From the NCBI GenBank assembly GCA_029838195.1, contig JALGVJ010000012.1, forward strand, positions 32,001 to 96,000: DNA of 64,000 nt, in the 5' to 3' direction. The DNA comes from Promethearchaeota archaeon. Lineage in GTDB: Archaea; Asgardarchaeota; Lokiarchaeia; Sigyniarchaeales; SOKP01. The position numbers were made by a program, and so were the translations under genes. Each line of letters opens with the position of its first letter. Position 1 is the first letter of the stretch. The notes under the pieces were generated by a model. It searched no databases. It saw only the letters and a program-made list of their open reading frames with translations, and was not told the origin of the DNA. Shown in pieces: positions 41,011 through 52,200 of the stretch.

Positions 41011-42131
41011 ATTTCCAAGAAGAGATTCGCTATTTTAAAGAGTTAAGCTTGAGAAAATTAAAAAAGGAGATAGCACGAATCAGAGGGGATTTACCTCCTG
41101 AGAAGAGGAAGATCATTACTTATTCCCGTAATTTCACGTTATCTCTTTCCAATTATTGTCAGAATCAGTGTGGATATTGCTTTTATAATTTTAAAGTGCC
41201 AAAATTATCCGGAGAAGGGAATGTTGTATTATTAGAAAATGAGAAAATGCGAGAAATCATTCAAAAAGGACTTGAACATGATTGTAAAGAGGCATTGATT
41301 TTATCAGGAGATCACCCTGATTCTTTCAAGGAAGTAAGAGATGAATTAACTGCTAGGCATTGTCATACTTTTGTAGAATTTGTCAAGGACACATGCATGT
41401 ACGTGTTGGATTTTAACATTTTACCTCACGTGAATATAGGAATTCTTACAATCGAAGAATTAAAGGAATTAAAACCGTATTGCGCAAGCATGGGTTTAAT
41501 GTTAGAAAGCACGAGTGTAGAATTATTAAAAAAAGGAGGTGTCCACGAATTTTCACCGTCAAAACATCCGAAAATGCGAATTGAACACATCGAGAATGCC
41601 GGCAAGTTAAAAATCCCCTTTACAACCGGATTATTATTAGGAATTGGGGAGTGTTTTGAAGATCGCGTGAAGGATTTACTGCTCATTAAAAAGATTCATG
41701 AAGATCATAGACACATTCAAGAAGTTATTTTACAGAATTTCGAATATAAAAAAGGGATTTCCTATACGCCCTCTAAACCTCTTTCCATGAAAGACATATT
41801 AAGAATCACGGGAATAGCCCGTGTCATTTTTCAAAATGAAATAGCCATTCAAGTTCCACCAAATTTAATTGCTGGGCATGAAAAAGATTTCATTAAATTA
41901 GGAATCAATGATTTTGGTGGGATTTCTCCCTTTGATCTAGATTACATTAATCCTGAAGCTCCTTGGCCCAGCATTTCCTATTTAAAAAAAAAATGTAAAC
42001 AGATTGGGTATGAATTAAAGGAACGGCTACCGATTTATGATAAATTTATTAATAAAAAGGAATTTTGTACAGAAACTATTAAACAAAGAATAGATAATAT
42101 TAACTTAGATGTTGACTACTCAATTATTTGA
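41007..42131 (+). CDS. cofG: FO synthase subunit CofG
   Basis: ITYSRN, CQNQCGYC, SMGLMLE, PFTTG, QVPPN and GGISP motifs. Confidence 0.92.
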   Translation: MNFQEEIRYFKELSLRKLKKEIARIRGDLPPEKRKIITYSRNFTLSLSNYCQNQCGYCFYNFKVPKLSGEGNVVLLENEKMREIIQKGLEHDCKEALILSGDHPDSFKEVRDELTARHCHTFVEFVKDTCMYVLDFNILPHVNIGILTIEELKELKPYCASMGLMLESTSVELLKKGGVHEFSPSKHPKMRIEHIENAGKLKIPFTTGLLLGIGECFEDRVKDLLLIKKIHEDHRHIQEVILQNFEYKKGISYTPSKPLSMKDILRITGIARVIFQNEIAIQVPPNLIAGHEKDFIKLGINDFGGISPFDLDYINPEAPWPSISYLKKKCKQIGYELKERLPIYDKFINKKEFCTETIKQRIDNINLDVDYSII

Positions 42132-43239
42132 TCAGATTGATCCGGAGATTCGAAGGATTCTCATTAAATCTCTAAATTCCGAAGAGCTTACTCCCAACGA
42201 TGCCTTAAAATTGCTAAAAGTCTCGGGAAAAGAATTCTTGGCCCTTCAACAAATCGCGGACTATTCTTGTCAACAAAAAAAAGAAAATATTGTAACATTT
42301 GTGATAAATAGAAATATTAATTTTTCTAATATTTGCTCGAGAGGGTGTAAATTCTGCTCTTTTAGTGTTCCAAAAGGATCTAAGGACGGTTTTCTTTTGG
42401 ATATTGAAGAAATTAAGAAAAAAATCATGGAGGCAAAAGAAAACCATTGTACGGAAGTATGCATTCAAGGAGGGATTAATCCCGATTTAACGTATGATTA
42501 TTACCTTGATATCCTTAAAGCCGCAAAGGAAATTGATCCTGAAATCCATGTTCACGCTTTCTCACCTCAAGAAATATATAATGCTTCTAATTTAAGTGGA
42601 AATTCGATAAAAGAAGTACTTAGAGACTTCAAGAATGCGGGATTAGATTCGATTCCGGGTACCGCCGCTGAGATTTTAGTCGATGATATTCGAAAAATTA
42701 TCTGTCCGAATAAAATTAGTACTAATCAATGGATCGAAATAATTACTCAAGCTCATGAGATGGGCATTCCGACTACCTGCACGATAATGTATGGACACGT
42801 GGAAGATTTAAAAGATAGAGTTGAGCATTTAGAAATTTTAAGAACTATTCAGAAAAATACTCGAGGGTTCACGGAATTCGTTGCTTTACCATTCATTAAA
42901 GAGAATCCGATTTTATCAAAATCGAAAGAACATCCCCTCAAACCAAGTTATGGAATGGCAGATTTAAAGTTATTTGCAGTTGCTCGTTTATTTTTTAAAG
43001 ATCTCATCGATAACATTCAATGCTCATGGGTCAAACTGGGAATAAAATTTGCTCAAATTTCATTATATTATGGCGTGAATGATTTTTCCGGAACCTTAAT
43101 GGAAGAAAATATTTCTCGTAGTGCAGGAGCAACTCATGGACAATATTTGCCCCCCGATGAAATAATATATATCATCAAAGCAGCGGGTAAAAGACCTGCT
43201 CAACGTGATACGCTCTATAACATTTTAAAGTATTATTAA
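42109..43239 (+). CDS. cofH: FO synthase subunit CofH
   Basis: NRNINF, CSRGCKFC, PGTAAEIL, SWVKLG and GTLMEENIS motifs. Overlaps cofG. Confidence 0.92.
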   Translation: MLTTQLFDQIDPEIRRILIKSLNSEELTPNDALKLLKVSGKEFLALQQIADYSCQQKKENIVTFVINRNINFSNICSRGCKFCSFSVPKGSKDGFLLDIEEIKKKIMEAKENHCTEVCIQGGINPDLTYDYYLDILKAAKEIDPEIHVHAFSPQEIYNASNLSGNSIKEVLRDFKNAGLDSIPGTAAEILVDDIRKIICPNKISTNQWIEIITQAHEMGIPTTCTIMYGHVEDLKDRVEHLEILRTIQKNTRGFTEFVALPFIKENPILSKSKEHPLKPSYGMADLKLFAVARLFFKDLIDNIQCSWVKLGIKFAQISLYYGVNDFSGTLMEENISRSAGATHGQYLPPDEIIYIIKAAGKRPAQRDTLYNILKYY

Positions 43240-43479
43240 ATCTTTACAACTTACCCTAACTTTCACAACATTCATGTCTAATGCATGATACATTTAAAAT
43301 CCGACCGTGATAATGCTCATGAACGCCGTCCTAATTTTATTTCGTGAATTCCCATGGTATATTGAAGAACGATGATCCCATCCTTTTCTTTAAAAATTCA
43401 AATTCTTGGGTTTAATTTTTATTGAGTATAATATTCTTCAGACATAAAAAAACTTCTTTAACTCGATAAGGTGTAATAC

Positions 43480-44277
43480 TTGAGTGTTCTTGAAAATATC
43501 CTACTCGAAATCAATGATGATAAGAAATATGGCATTATTTATTTAAATCGCCCTAATCAATACAATTCACTTAATTATCAAATAGCTCGAGAATTGCGAA
43601 CAACATTAGAAAAAATACGAGACGATAATTATGTGAATTGTTTATTAATTACCGGAAAAGGGAAAGCTTTTTGTAGCGGTGGAGATCTCATTGAATTTCG
43701 AAATACATCGGATCCCCAAGAGACAATTTCTAAAATAGCCCATGAATTACATGAATCGATAAAAATTATTTATTCCATACGAATACCGGTTATAGCAGCA
43801 ATCAACGGAGCTTGCTTTGGAGCGGGATTAGGTTTAGCTAGTGCTTGCGATATTAGAGTTTGTTCAAGAAATGCTACCTTTGGAAGTGCGTTTACAAATG
43901 TGGGATTATCTCCAAATTCATCCACGACCTATCATTTACCAAGAATCATAGGAATTGGATTAGCGAGCGATTTGATTTTAACGAATAGAATCCTTACTGC
44001 TGAAGAGGCGTTAAAATTTCATTTGGTCTCACGGATCATTGAACCGGAAGAAAAATTCACGGAACAAATAATAGAAATGGCAACTAAAATCAGTTTAGGA
44101 CCCCCCATCGCCATGGCTCTAGCTAAAGAATCGTTAAGAAAAACATTTCAAAATGATTTGATAAATCAATTAGAATTAGAAACCAAAAATGTCGTAAAAT
44201 CATCGGGAACAGAGGATTTTAAGGAAGGTGTGAATGCTTTTTTGGAAAAACGTACACCAAATTATAAAGGAAAATAA
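43480..44277 (+). CDS. Enoyl-CoA hydratase/isomerase (PaaG-like)
   Basis: LNRP, AFCSGGD, NGACFGAG and EGVNAFLEKR motifs. Confidence 0.9.
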   Translation: MSVLENILLEINDDKKYGIIYLNRPNQYNSLNYQIARELRTTLEKIRDDNYVNCLLITGKGKAFCSGGDLIEFRNTSDPQETISKIAHELHESIKIIYSIRIPVIAAINGACFGAGLGLASACDIRVCSRNATFGSAFTNVGLSPNSSTTYHLPRIIGIGLASDLILTNRILTAEEALKFHLVSRIIEPEEKFTEQIIEMATKISLGPPIAMALAKESLRKTFQNDLINQLELETKNVVKSSGTEDFKEGVNAFLEKRTPNYKGK

Positions 44278-44329
44278 TTTCAATCTTTCTTAATAATATC
44301 AAAAAATAAAAAAAAAACAATATTAAAAA

Positions 44330-45448
44330 ATGAAGAATTTATTAGATGGAATTGAAGAAGTATTACTAATGGGGCCAGGACCTTCTTGCGTGCCTCCTGA
44401 AGTGTATAAAGCACTTAGTTGTAAGACCCTTGGTCATCTTGATCCATATTTTATTAAAATAATGGATGAGATCCAAATCTTACTCCAGCAATTAATGAAC
44501 ACGAGGAACAGATTAACTTTACCCATTTCAGGAACGGGTTCTGCCGGCATGGAAACATGTTTCGTAAATTTAATCGAGCCAAATGATCCTGTTTTAATTC
44601 TCACGAATGGCGTATTCGGCATGAGAATGCAAGAGGTTGCTGAACGATTAAGAGCTCAAGTAGATAATATTGATTTTGAATGGGGCACGCCTGTCATTCC
44701 AAGAGTAGTAGAAGAAAAGGTAAATGAAAAAGATTATAAGATTATCGCCGTAGTACATGCCGAAACTTCTACTGGCGTAAAAAATCCCATTGAAGCACTC
44801 TCTAAAATCGTGAAGAAAACTAATGCATTATTCTTAGTTGATACAGTTACGAGTTTAGGGGGGATTGAAGTAAAAGTGGATGAATGGGCGATGGATGCTG
44901 TTTATAGCGGTACTCAAAAATGCCTCTCATGTCCTCCGGGATTATCTCCTGTCTCTTTTTCAGATAAAGCATTTACTAAAATAACCCATCGGGAGACAAA
45001 AGTGCCGAACTGGTATTTAGACATGTCTTTAATAAGTCAATACTGGTCCGGAGAGCGTGCGAGAGTATACCATCATACGGCTCCTATTAACATGCTATAT
45101 GCGTTATATCAAGCACTGCTTTTAATTTTTGAGGAAAGGCTTGAAAAGGTTTATAAAAGACATGAGGAGAACCACATAAGATTAAAAGAAGGTCTTGAAG
45201 AACTTGGACTTGAAATGTACGTGGAAGAAGGATATCGCTTGCCCATGCTTAATGCCGTGAAAATTCCAGAAGGTGTGGATGATTTAAAAGTAAGATCTAC
45301 GTTATTAAAAGAGCACAAAATTGAAATTGGAGGAGGCCTAGGGCCATTAGCGGGAAAGATCTGGAGAATTGGGTTAATGGGGCATGGGGCCAGATCAGAA
45401 AATGTAGATCGTTTATTAAAAGCATTAAAAACCATTTTACATCCATGA
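44330..45448 (+). CDS. Alanine-glyoxylate/serine-pyruvate aminotransferase (class V)
   Basis: MGPGP, HAETSTG, SGTQK (PLP lysine) and WRIGLMG motifs. Confidence 0.92.
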   Translation: MKNLLDGIEEVLLMGPGPSCVPPEVYKALSCKTLGHLDPYFIKIMDEIQILLQQLMNTRNRLTLPISGTGSAGMETCFVNLIEPNDPVLILTNGVFGMRMQEVAERLRAQVDNIDFEWGTPVIPRVVEEKVNEKDYKIIAVVHAETSTGVKNPIEALSKIVKKTNALFLVDTVTSLGGIEVKVDEWAMDAVYSGTQKCLSCPPGLSPVSFSDKAFTKITHRETKVPNWYLDMSLISQYWSGERARVYHHTAPINMLYALYQALLLIFEERLEKVYKRHEENHIRLKEGLEELGLEMYVEEGYRLPMLNAVKIPEGVDDLKVRSTLLKEHKIEIGGGLGPLAGKIWRIGLMGHGARSENVDRLLKALKTILHP

Positions 45449-46108
45449 ATTCATCTTGAAACGCTTCATTAATTACTTGAGCTACTATTATGGCTTTATA
45501 TTATTAAACTGCAAGATTATTATAATTTTTATAATATTTCTTTTTATTATTTTGTACCCTATTTATTATTTTACGGGAAATGATTTTTGCTTTAATTAAA
45601 GCTGATTTTTAAAGCGTGTTGAAATAAAAGAAGATATTAGGTATTCTCTTATTTGGCTCACATATAACAAATTATCAAACGAATAGAAGCGATATAAACA
45701 TTTTTATTGTTGCTCCCTTAAAACAAAAAATTGAGGTGTTGTTTCAAAAAATCATGACATTAAATTTTTTTTATCATTACCGCTTTATTTAAAGATTCAA
45801 ATCATGGAATATGGAATAGTAATCTATTCTCTTGATAAACTAGAATTACACGCATATTTTCATCCATTCAGGAAATTGTGGGCAGATCAGAAGCATGGGC
45901 AAGAATTGTCCTGGGAAGATTTGCTTTCTTTGTTAAATTAATCAAATGTTCTCATTGTCATTAGATTAAATTTTTTTAAAAATTTTATTAAGGCTTTCAA
46001 TAAGAATTAAGTATGCTAATGGATTCTATAAAAAACAAAGCATGAATAAAAGAAATCAATCTTTCTCTTATCTTAGTTTTGAAAATGTTTTATCCTTCAT
46101 TTTTTAGT

Positions 46109-47689
46109 TCAGTATTCTTGGAGATAGGGTTTGCCTAATTTAAGACATGTTTCTGCTTTACTCAATTCTCTAGAAACATAACTCACGTGATGGGGATCGT
46201 TAATTAAATTTTCCTGTAAAATTCTTTTACAAAGAGCTTCAGCATTATTTCCTATTAAGGTCATCTTCAATTCATTGTTATTGGAGAAAAAAAGCACGTA
46301 AATCTCTTTGTTATAATGATTTACGTGGAATTTAAAATAACCTTTTGGATCAGGAATATAAGACTCATCTAATTTTGACACGTGAACTGCTGTCTCTCTA
46401 TTAATATCAGGAACTTCCTCAGAAGTCTTGCCTTTTGCCTTAAATACTTCAATTCCCATATTAATTGGTGGTGCGTTGAGGTGTTTGGAGATGTAGCATA
46501 ATTTAACACAATCGGATAATTCTTTTACGCCTCCCATTAATTTAACGCTATGTTCGACCGTGAATAAAATCCCAATATCCAATTCGATTGCCAAGCTTGA
46601 TAATAATCCATTTATGCCGACCGAATCTACATCCATGAGCTCAACTACGTTTGAAACTCCAAAAAAGAGGGGAACTTCAAATTCCGAATATCCACATTGA
46701 AAAACACGTTTTTTATAGAGAAAATACGCCTCCAAAGAATTACACATGCCTGGAGAGATGGGTGTTTGAAGGAGGGGGTCAGCTATTAGTTTCTGATATC
46801 CTAATTTTCTTAATTTCTTTATTAAAGAAAATAAATTACGATTCTTAGTATCTGCATCTGAAGGAAAATATCCTTTACTAACATTCGTCGGTAAAATAAC
46901 AATGGGAGTATCTTTCGGAATGGTTGAACATTCTTTATAGTTGCCTAAATCCAAGCTTAGAATTAGATCAATACCTTCTTCTACGGCAGAATTAATCTCA
47001 ACAGGATTCATGGAGTCAATACTTATTAATGTATCGAAATTTGTTCGCAATAATTTAATTATTTCTTTTATTCTTTCGGGATTGGGGCGATTCGACACGC
47101 ATCCTATATCGATGATGTCCGCACCTGAATCAATATAATGTTTCGCTTTTTTTAAGATAGCATTATCTTCTTTAAGCGTGCAATTTACGATTTCTGCTAT
47201 GATAGGAGGCGGGAGATTCCGACCGATCATTACATCTGAACGTTCCTCATTAATATAAAAAGTATGAAATCCGAGATTCTTTTTAGCAATTTTCACCTGT
47301 TCAAGATAAAATTTTTCATAAAGCTCTTTTCCAGACTTGTGGAATAATTTATTGGCAGGAATTACCGATGATAATTTTATCTTATCCAAATTTTTAATTA
47401 TCATAGGAATGTCTGAGGCAAACTCCGGTCCTTTTCTAACATCCATGCCACATTCCTTTTCTAAAGAACTTGTATCCCATTGAATAAATCCCGGAAGTAA
47501 AATTAAATCATAGTCCTTTATAGAAAGAGAATTTAAAATTCTGCGAGCCATTTCTTTAGTAATGAATGCTGAAACCGAAACTGGGGCCGTTTTAATTTCG
47601 AATACGTGTTCTTTTAAAGGTTCTACAATCTTTTTTATGATATCATGAGTTTCCCGGCCGGTAATTATTAATATTTTAATGAAGATCAC
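46109..47689 (-). CDS. Archaeal dihydropteroate synthase-like protein (MptH type)
   Basis: IAEIVN, GADIIDIG, SIDS, ADP, DSVGINGLL and C-terminal DPKGYF / HVSYVSREL. Confidence 0.85.
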   Translation of the reverse strand: MIFIKILIITGRETHDIIKKIVEPLKEHVFEIKTAPVSVSAFITKEMARRILNSLSIKDYDLILLPGFIQWDTSSLEKECGMDVRKGPEFASDIPMIIKNLDKIKLSSVIPANKLFHKSGKELYEKFYLEQVKIAKKNLGFHTFYINEERSDVMIGRNLPPPIIAEIVNCTLKEDNAILKKAKHYIDSGADIIDIGCVSNRPNPERIKEIIKLLRTNFDTLISIDSMNPVEINSAVEEGIDLILSLDLGNYKECSTIPKDTPIVILPTNVSKGYFPSDADTKNRNLFSLIKKLRKLGYQKLIADPLLQTPISPGMCNSLEAYFLYKKRVFQCGYSEFEVPLFFGVSNVVELMDVDSVGINGLLSSLAIELDIGILFTVEHSVKLMGGVKELSDCVKLCYISKHLNAPPINMGIEVFKAKGKTSEEVPDINRETAVHVSKLDESYIPDPKGYFKFHVNHYNKEIYVLFFSNNNELKMTLIGNNAEALCKRILQENLINDPHHVSYVSRELSKAETCLKLGKPYLQEY

Positions 47690-48770
47690 TTAAAATTTTA
47701 TCTTTATTAAATGGAATGTAAAGATCATCTAATACTGTTCCTGATGCTTTTTTCAACTCCATGTTATCAATAATCGATTTATATTTTCCTCCCAATAACC
47801 CTTCTGCTATAAAAGCTGCTCCTTGTGCGGCTCTTTTTGCAATTTGAGAATATGTTGCCATCATTCTCACGGGAGCTAAATCTGAAAGTTCTCGTGTGAT
47901 TTCTCGTTTCATGTACGCGATACGTGCACCTCTTCCCGCTAATAAAATTTCTTGGATTTTTTCCTTCTTTGAAAAAGAGGCACAAATACTATATACGGCT
48001 TTTTTCACGTTAGAGAGATAAGCTTCCAAGGCAAGCTTAGTTTGGTGGTCTTTTTCTGCCAATAAGGTGATTTCATTCAAGCTTAAATCTGAAAATCCGG
48101 CAATGGATGACACTCCTCCCCTATAGATGTTCTTTTTTTCTATGTTTTTAATTAAATACGCAAGCTCCCCATCTAAGCTCCCACATGCCTTGAATCCCAT
48201 GATATTTGAACCTCCTATTCCATCGATGATTTGCCCATTTTCCACTGCGATTACTGCTGTAAATCCATGGCCTATTTCCACCATTATAAAATTAACTTCT
48301 TTAGGCGACTTGTTAAATCTTTCACATTGATCTCTAATTCCTACCACGGAAGTACAGAGCTTGTCCGCCGTGCCCATATCAATTTTATTAATCTTCCTAT
48401 ATCTCGGAACAGTTGGCAAGTGTTTAACACTTGGAACAATTACAGCGGGAATGTTTTCGGCTTTAATCATTCGAAGAACCTCTCCTAGCCCAATCAGGGA
48501 ATCTTCCTTGTTTATCTTGAACTTTAACAAAGTATAAAAAATATCCGTTTCACTCAATTCGCTTACTCGTTTTAATGGCAATCCAAATCCACTAGGAGCG
48601 ACCATTAAATCAATATTTTTAATTGATTTTAGAATCATGAGTGCTTTTTTCGGCTCTTCCAAGATTTCTTTCGAGGTAATAGATGCATCTAAAATTATTT
48701 TCTCGCCTTCTAAACCGAAAAAATCCCATGAAAGCGTTCCTGGGTCAACACCTACAACAATGTTCGGCAA
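47676..48770 (-). CDS. DUF1464 family ASKHA kinase-like protein
   Basis: GVDPGT.SWD, PSGFG, IDMGTADK, IDGIGG, LDGELAY and AAQGAA motifs. Overlaps the downstream gene. Confidence 0.82.
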   Translation of the reverse strand: MPNIVVGVDPGTLSWDFFGLEGEKIILDASITSKEILEEPKKALMILKSIKNIDLMVAPSGFGLPLKRVSELSETDIFYTLLKFKINKEDSLIGLGEVLRMIKAENIPAVIVPSVKHLPTVPRYRKINKIDMGTADKLCTSVVGIRDQCERFNKSPKEVNFIMVEIGHGFTAVIAVENGQIIDGIGGSNIMGFKACGSLDGELAYLIKNIEKKNIYRGGVSSIAGFSDLSLNEITLLAEKDHQTKLALEAYLSNVKKAVYSICASFSKKEKIQEILLAGRGARIAYMKREITRELSDLAPVRMMATYSQIAKRAAQGAAFIAEGLLGGKYKSIIDNMELKKASGTVLDDLYIPFNKDKILSDLH

Positions 48771-48992
48771 AATGAATCAATTTTGAACCATGTATTTAAT
48801 TGTACAAATTTATAATTCTAAATATTTTTAACTCGTTTTAATTCTTGCTTTTTCACCCCGATGAGATTTCAAGGAAAATCTCGTGGAGCCCATAGTCATA
48901 TAAAAAATAAATCTAGAATATTTAAGTCTCAAATCTTTAATTAAAGCAGCATAACATGTAATTTTTAAAAACACAATAAGAGAGAAAAAATC

Positions 48993-49523
48993 ATGCAGGT
49001 AAATGTTTTTGTATGTGAAATCTGTGGAGAAGCTTATGTCGGGGAAGAGATCCCTTCAAGATGCCCTTTTTGCGGAGCGTATAAGAAATACTTGGTATTA
49101 GCAAGTGATTATGATGATACGAGTGCTTGGGATGTGGAATTGAATGATAAAGATAAAGCAAATGTGGAAAAAGCTTTAGGATTAGAAATTTCCAATACTG
49201 TTTTTTATAAATGCGCGAGCAAGAAAGTACCAGAATTGGAAGGTCAAAAACTCTTTAAAATCTTAAGTAAGGTAGAAAACGAGCATGCTTCCGTGTGGAA
49301 AAAAATCCTTAAACTAAAAAGCATTGACCTTCCCAAATATGATGAGTGTGCAGAACAATACCAACCGAATCTTAAGGAATCTCATGAAAGAGAAGAAAGA
49401 GCAATAAAATTCTACAAGCAAGCTGCGGAAGAAGCGAAAAGTGAAAGAGTAAAACAAATTTTTGAAGCATTTGTGGAAGTTGAAACCGACCACTTGATCC
49501 TCTCCGAATCGCGAATAGAATAA
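48993..49523 (+). CDS. Rubrerythrin-like protein (rubredoxin + ferritin-like domains)
   Basis: CEICG...CPFCG and ExxH pairs (ENEH, ETDH). Confidence 0.88.
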   Translation: MQVNVFVCEICGEAYVGEEIPSRCPFCGAYKKYLVLASDYDDTSAWDVELNDKDKANVEKALGLEISNTVFYKCASKKVPELEGQKLFKILSKVENEHASVWKKILKLKSIDLPKYDECAEQYQPNLKESHEREERAIKFYKQAAEEAKSERVKQIFEAFVEVETDHLILSESRIE

Positions 49524-49713
49524 GTAGGAGGGGAAAAAAATAAAAGTAAGTTAACTTGTTATCGGTGTAAACTTTTTGTTTTGATTTAATTTTCCTTTTA
49601 TTTTTTTTATTATTCTTTTTAAAGGATTAATTATTTTTTGAAAAACTCAATTTTTAATAGCTACAGATCCTTATGATGTTTAGTTAATTATTATTAAAAA
49701 AAGGGAAGAAAAA

Positions 49714-52200
49714 ATGAGTAAGATAGAAAAAAGAATTACCAGTAAACTCATTGAGCCTCATGATTTATCCCACCGCTCCAAATGGTTAAGAGATTATTAT
49801 TTCTTGGGACCAGAAAGGGAATGGAATAATGAATTCATGCCATTTACAACTGGCACGGATTGGGATATCATTTGGAATGAAACAGATTATTACGTGGCAC
49901 CTGAAACTCATACTTACATTGGTATAAAGGGAAAGGGGGTTTTTGAATGTAGTTTTCGGTCCGTTGCCAAGCCAGTTACAACGCTCCCTGAAAATTTTTG
50001 GGATCTATCCTTACCGGAGCGTAGGACACTCTTTTTGGAAGAAGTAATATTAAATTATGTTCCTCAGGAAATTGTTGGACCCTCTTTACTCGCCGGTTCT
50101 CGATTCAATACTCAATTGAGTAAATGCTTCAATAAAAAAGAAGCGGAAAAATATTGGAAAAAGAATTTAAAAGCACGTAAAGCTTTTTTCAAGTATCATA
50201 AATCTGGATTCGGCAATTGCGGAGCTACGGCTGGCCACATAATAGTTGATTACAAGACTGTAATTACTAAAGGATTTAAATATCTTCATGAAAAAGCAAT
50301 AAAAACATATGAAAATCTAAGCGAAAAAGAAAAAAAGGGCCCAAAAGGGGCTGAATTGCGAGCTATGATTAGAAGCACTCTGATTCCAAAAAAATTAGCT
50401 GAAAAATATGCTGAAGAATGTAGAAGATTGAAAAAAGAAGCTCCTACTCAAGAAAGAGTGGAAGAATTAGAACAAATGGCAAGAAATCTTGAAAGAGTTC
50501 CATGGGAACCGGCAGAAACCTTTTGGCAAGGAGTTCAAGCGCTTTGGTTAACACACATGTTGATCATGGCCGAAGAATCATATCCCGGACCTGGAACCAG
50601 TTTCGGCAGAACAGATCAGTATTTATGGCCATTATATAAAAAAGATGTAATAGAAGAAAAAAATATTACCAAAGAATTTGCTAAGGACATATTAGGTAGC
50701 TTTTGGTTTCATTGTAATACAGTATACGATGCCATGATAAGAATTGGACGTCAAGGAATAACATCCGCATTTGGACAATTAATGACTTTAAGCGGATGCG
50801 GCCCTAATGGAGAAGATTTAACTAACGAGCTAACATATGCCATTCTTGAAGTAATTGATGAATGGATGCCCATATTAGAACCAAAACCGAATGTTCGCCT
50901 TCATCGAAATTCTCCCGAAAAACTATTAAACATCGTGATTGATATGATTTCTCGGGCTCAAGGCGCTCCCTTCTTGATTAATTTTGATGAACGCTCTATT
51001 GCCGGGATGATTTTGGAAGGGATTCCTAAAGAAGAAGCCTGGGATTATGCATGCGTCGGATGCTTGGAAAATACCATGCAAGGAAATGATAGGAGTGGTA
51101 CTGTCAATTGTAACCCTAACTTAGCAAAAAGTCTTGAATTAACTTTATGGAATGGAAGAAACATGCCAGGAAACGTCAATAAACCCTGGAATAAGGAAGG
51201 TGAGCAATTTGGACCTAAAACGGGAAATCCCGAGAATTTTCAGAGTTGGGAAGAGTTCTGGAACGCGTGGACTGAACAAATAAAGTTCATCATTAAATAT
51301 ACGGTTGACGTTTACAACATAACGGAAGAATTAAGAGCAGAATTCTTGCCTACACCTTACGTTTCCACCCTCGTTAGAGGATGCATTGAAAAAGGATTGG
51401 ATGTAAGATGTGGCGGTCCAGAAATCAGATTTGTAACGATTGAAGGAGTCGCATTTGCGACCACGGTGGATTCATTATTAGCCATCAAGCATTTCGTTTA
51501 TGACAAGAAAAAATATACCATCTCTCAGATTAAAGATGCATTAGTAAATAATTTTGAAGGGAAAGATTACGTTATAATGCAGACTGAATTGAAAAATAAA
51601 GCACCGAAATATGGAAATGATGAGGATGAAGCCGATGAAATAGCACGATTAGTTATGAAAACTTGGGCTGATGAAACGTGGAAACATGAAACTCCAACAA
51701 GGTTTCGCTTCCGTCCCGGCATGCTTTCTTGGAATTACTGGGCTGGCTCCGCAGCAAGCTTAACACCCGCCACGCCTGATGGGAGGAAAAAAGGAACGTT
51801 TTTATCAAACGCCATTTGTCCTACAACTGGTGCAGATCTTAAAGGGCCTACCGCAGTAACTAATTCTGTCGGTCGAGCACTGGGGGGAAAAACGGAAACA
51901 GGCGAATATGTAAATTACTTGCCTAATGGAGCTTCCCATACAATAACGTTTAATCCGTCTATTCTTCGAGATCCCGAACACAGGGACAAATTCAAGGCTT
52001 ATTTAAGAGGTTATGTTGAAAATGGCGGTACTTGTTTACAAATAAACATGTTAGATGCGGACATGTTGCGAGATGCTCAGAAGCATCCTGAGAATTATAA
52101 AAACCTACTCGTGAGAGTAACGGGCTACAACGCATATTTCAATGCTATCGGCAAGGAACTACAAGATGAGATAATTGCGAGGGAATCACACCACATGTAA
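49714..52200 (+). CDS. Glycyl radical enzyme of unknown specificity
   Basis: Cys loop VGCLEN, PKYGND, ATPDGR and glycyl loop RVTGY. Confidence 0.92.
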   Translation: MSKIEKRITSKLIEPHDLSHRSKWLRDYYFLGPEREWNNEFMPFTTGTDWDIIWNETDYYVAPETHTYIGIKGKGVFECSFRSVAKPVTTLPENFWDLSLPERRTLFLEEVILNYVPQEIVGPSLLAGSRFNTQLSKCFNKKEAEKYWKKNLKARKAFFKYHKSGFGNCGATAGHIIVDYKTVITKGFKYLHEKAIKTYENLSEKEKKGPKGAELRAMIRSTLIPKKLAEKYAEECRRLKKEAPTQERVEELEQMARNLERVPWEPAETFWQGVQALWLTHMLIMAEESYPGPGTSFGRTDQYLWPLYKKDVIEEKNITKEFAKDILGSFWFHCNTVYDAMIRIGRQGITSAFGQLMTLSGCGPNGEDLTNELTYAILEVIDEWMPILEPKPNVRLHRNSPEKLLNIVIDMISRAQGAPFLINFDERSIAGMILEGIPKEEAWDYACVGCLENTMQGNDRSGTVNCNPNLAKSLELTLWNGRNMPGNVNKPWNKEGEQFGPKTGNPENFQSWEEFWNAWTEQIKFIIKYTVDVYNITEELRAEFLPTPYVSTLVRGCIEKGLDVRCGGPEIRFVTIEGVAFATTVDSLLAIKHFVYDKKKYTISQIKDALVNNFEGKDYVIMQTELKNKAPKYGNDEDEADEIARLVMKTWADETWKHETPTRFRFRPGMLSWNYWAGSAASLTPATPDGRKKGTFLSNAICPTTGADLKGPTAVTNSVGRALGGKTETGEYVNYLPNGASHTITFNPSILRDPEHRDKFKAYLRGYVENGGTCLQINMLDADMLRDAQKHPENYKNLLVRVTGYNAYFNAIGKELQDEIIARESHHM

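Noticed and set aside
45449-46108. 660-bp gap between convergent genes as a hidden gene
   Set aside because: No sustained open frame or recognisable motif. It may be an old remnant, but I cannot support that.
49714-52200. Annotation as pyruvate formate-lyase (pflB)
   Set aside because: It lacks the adjacent Cys-Cys pair, and the activase has a ferredoxin insert typical of non-PFL GREs.
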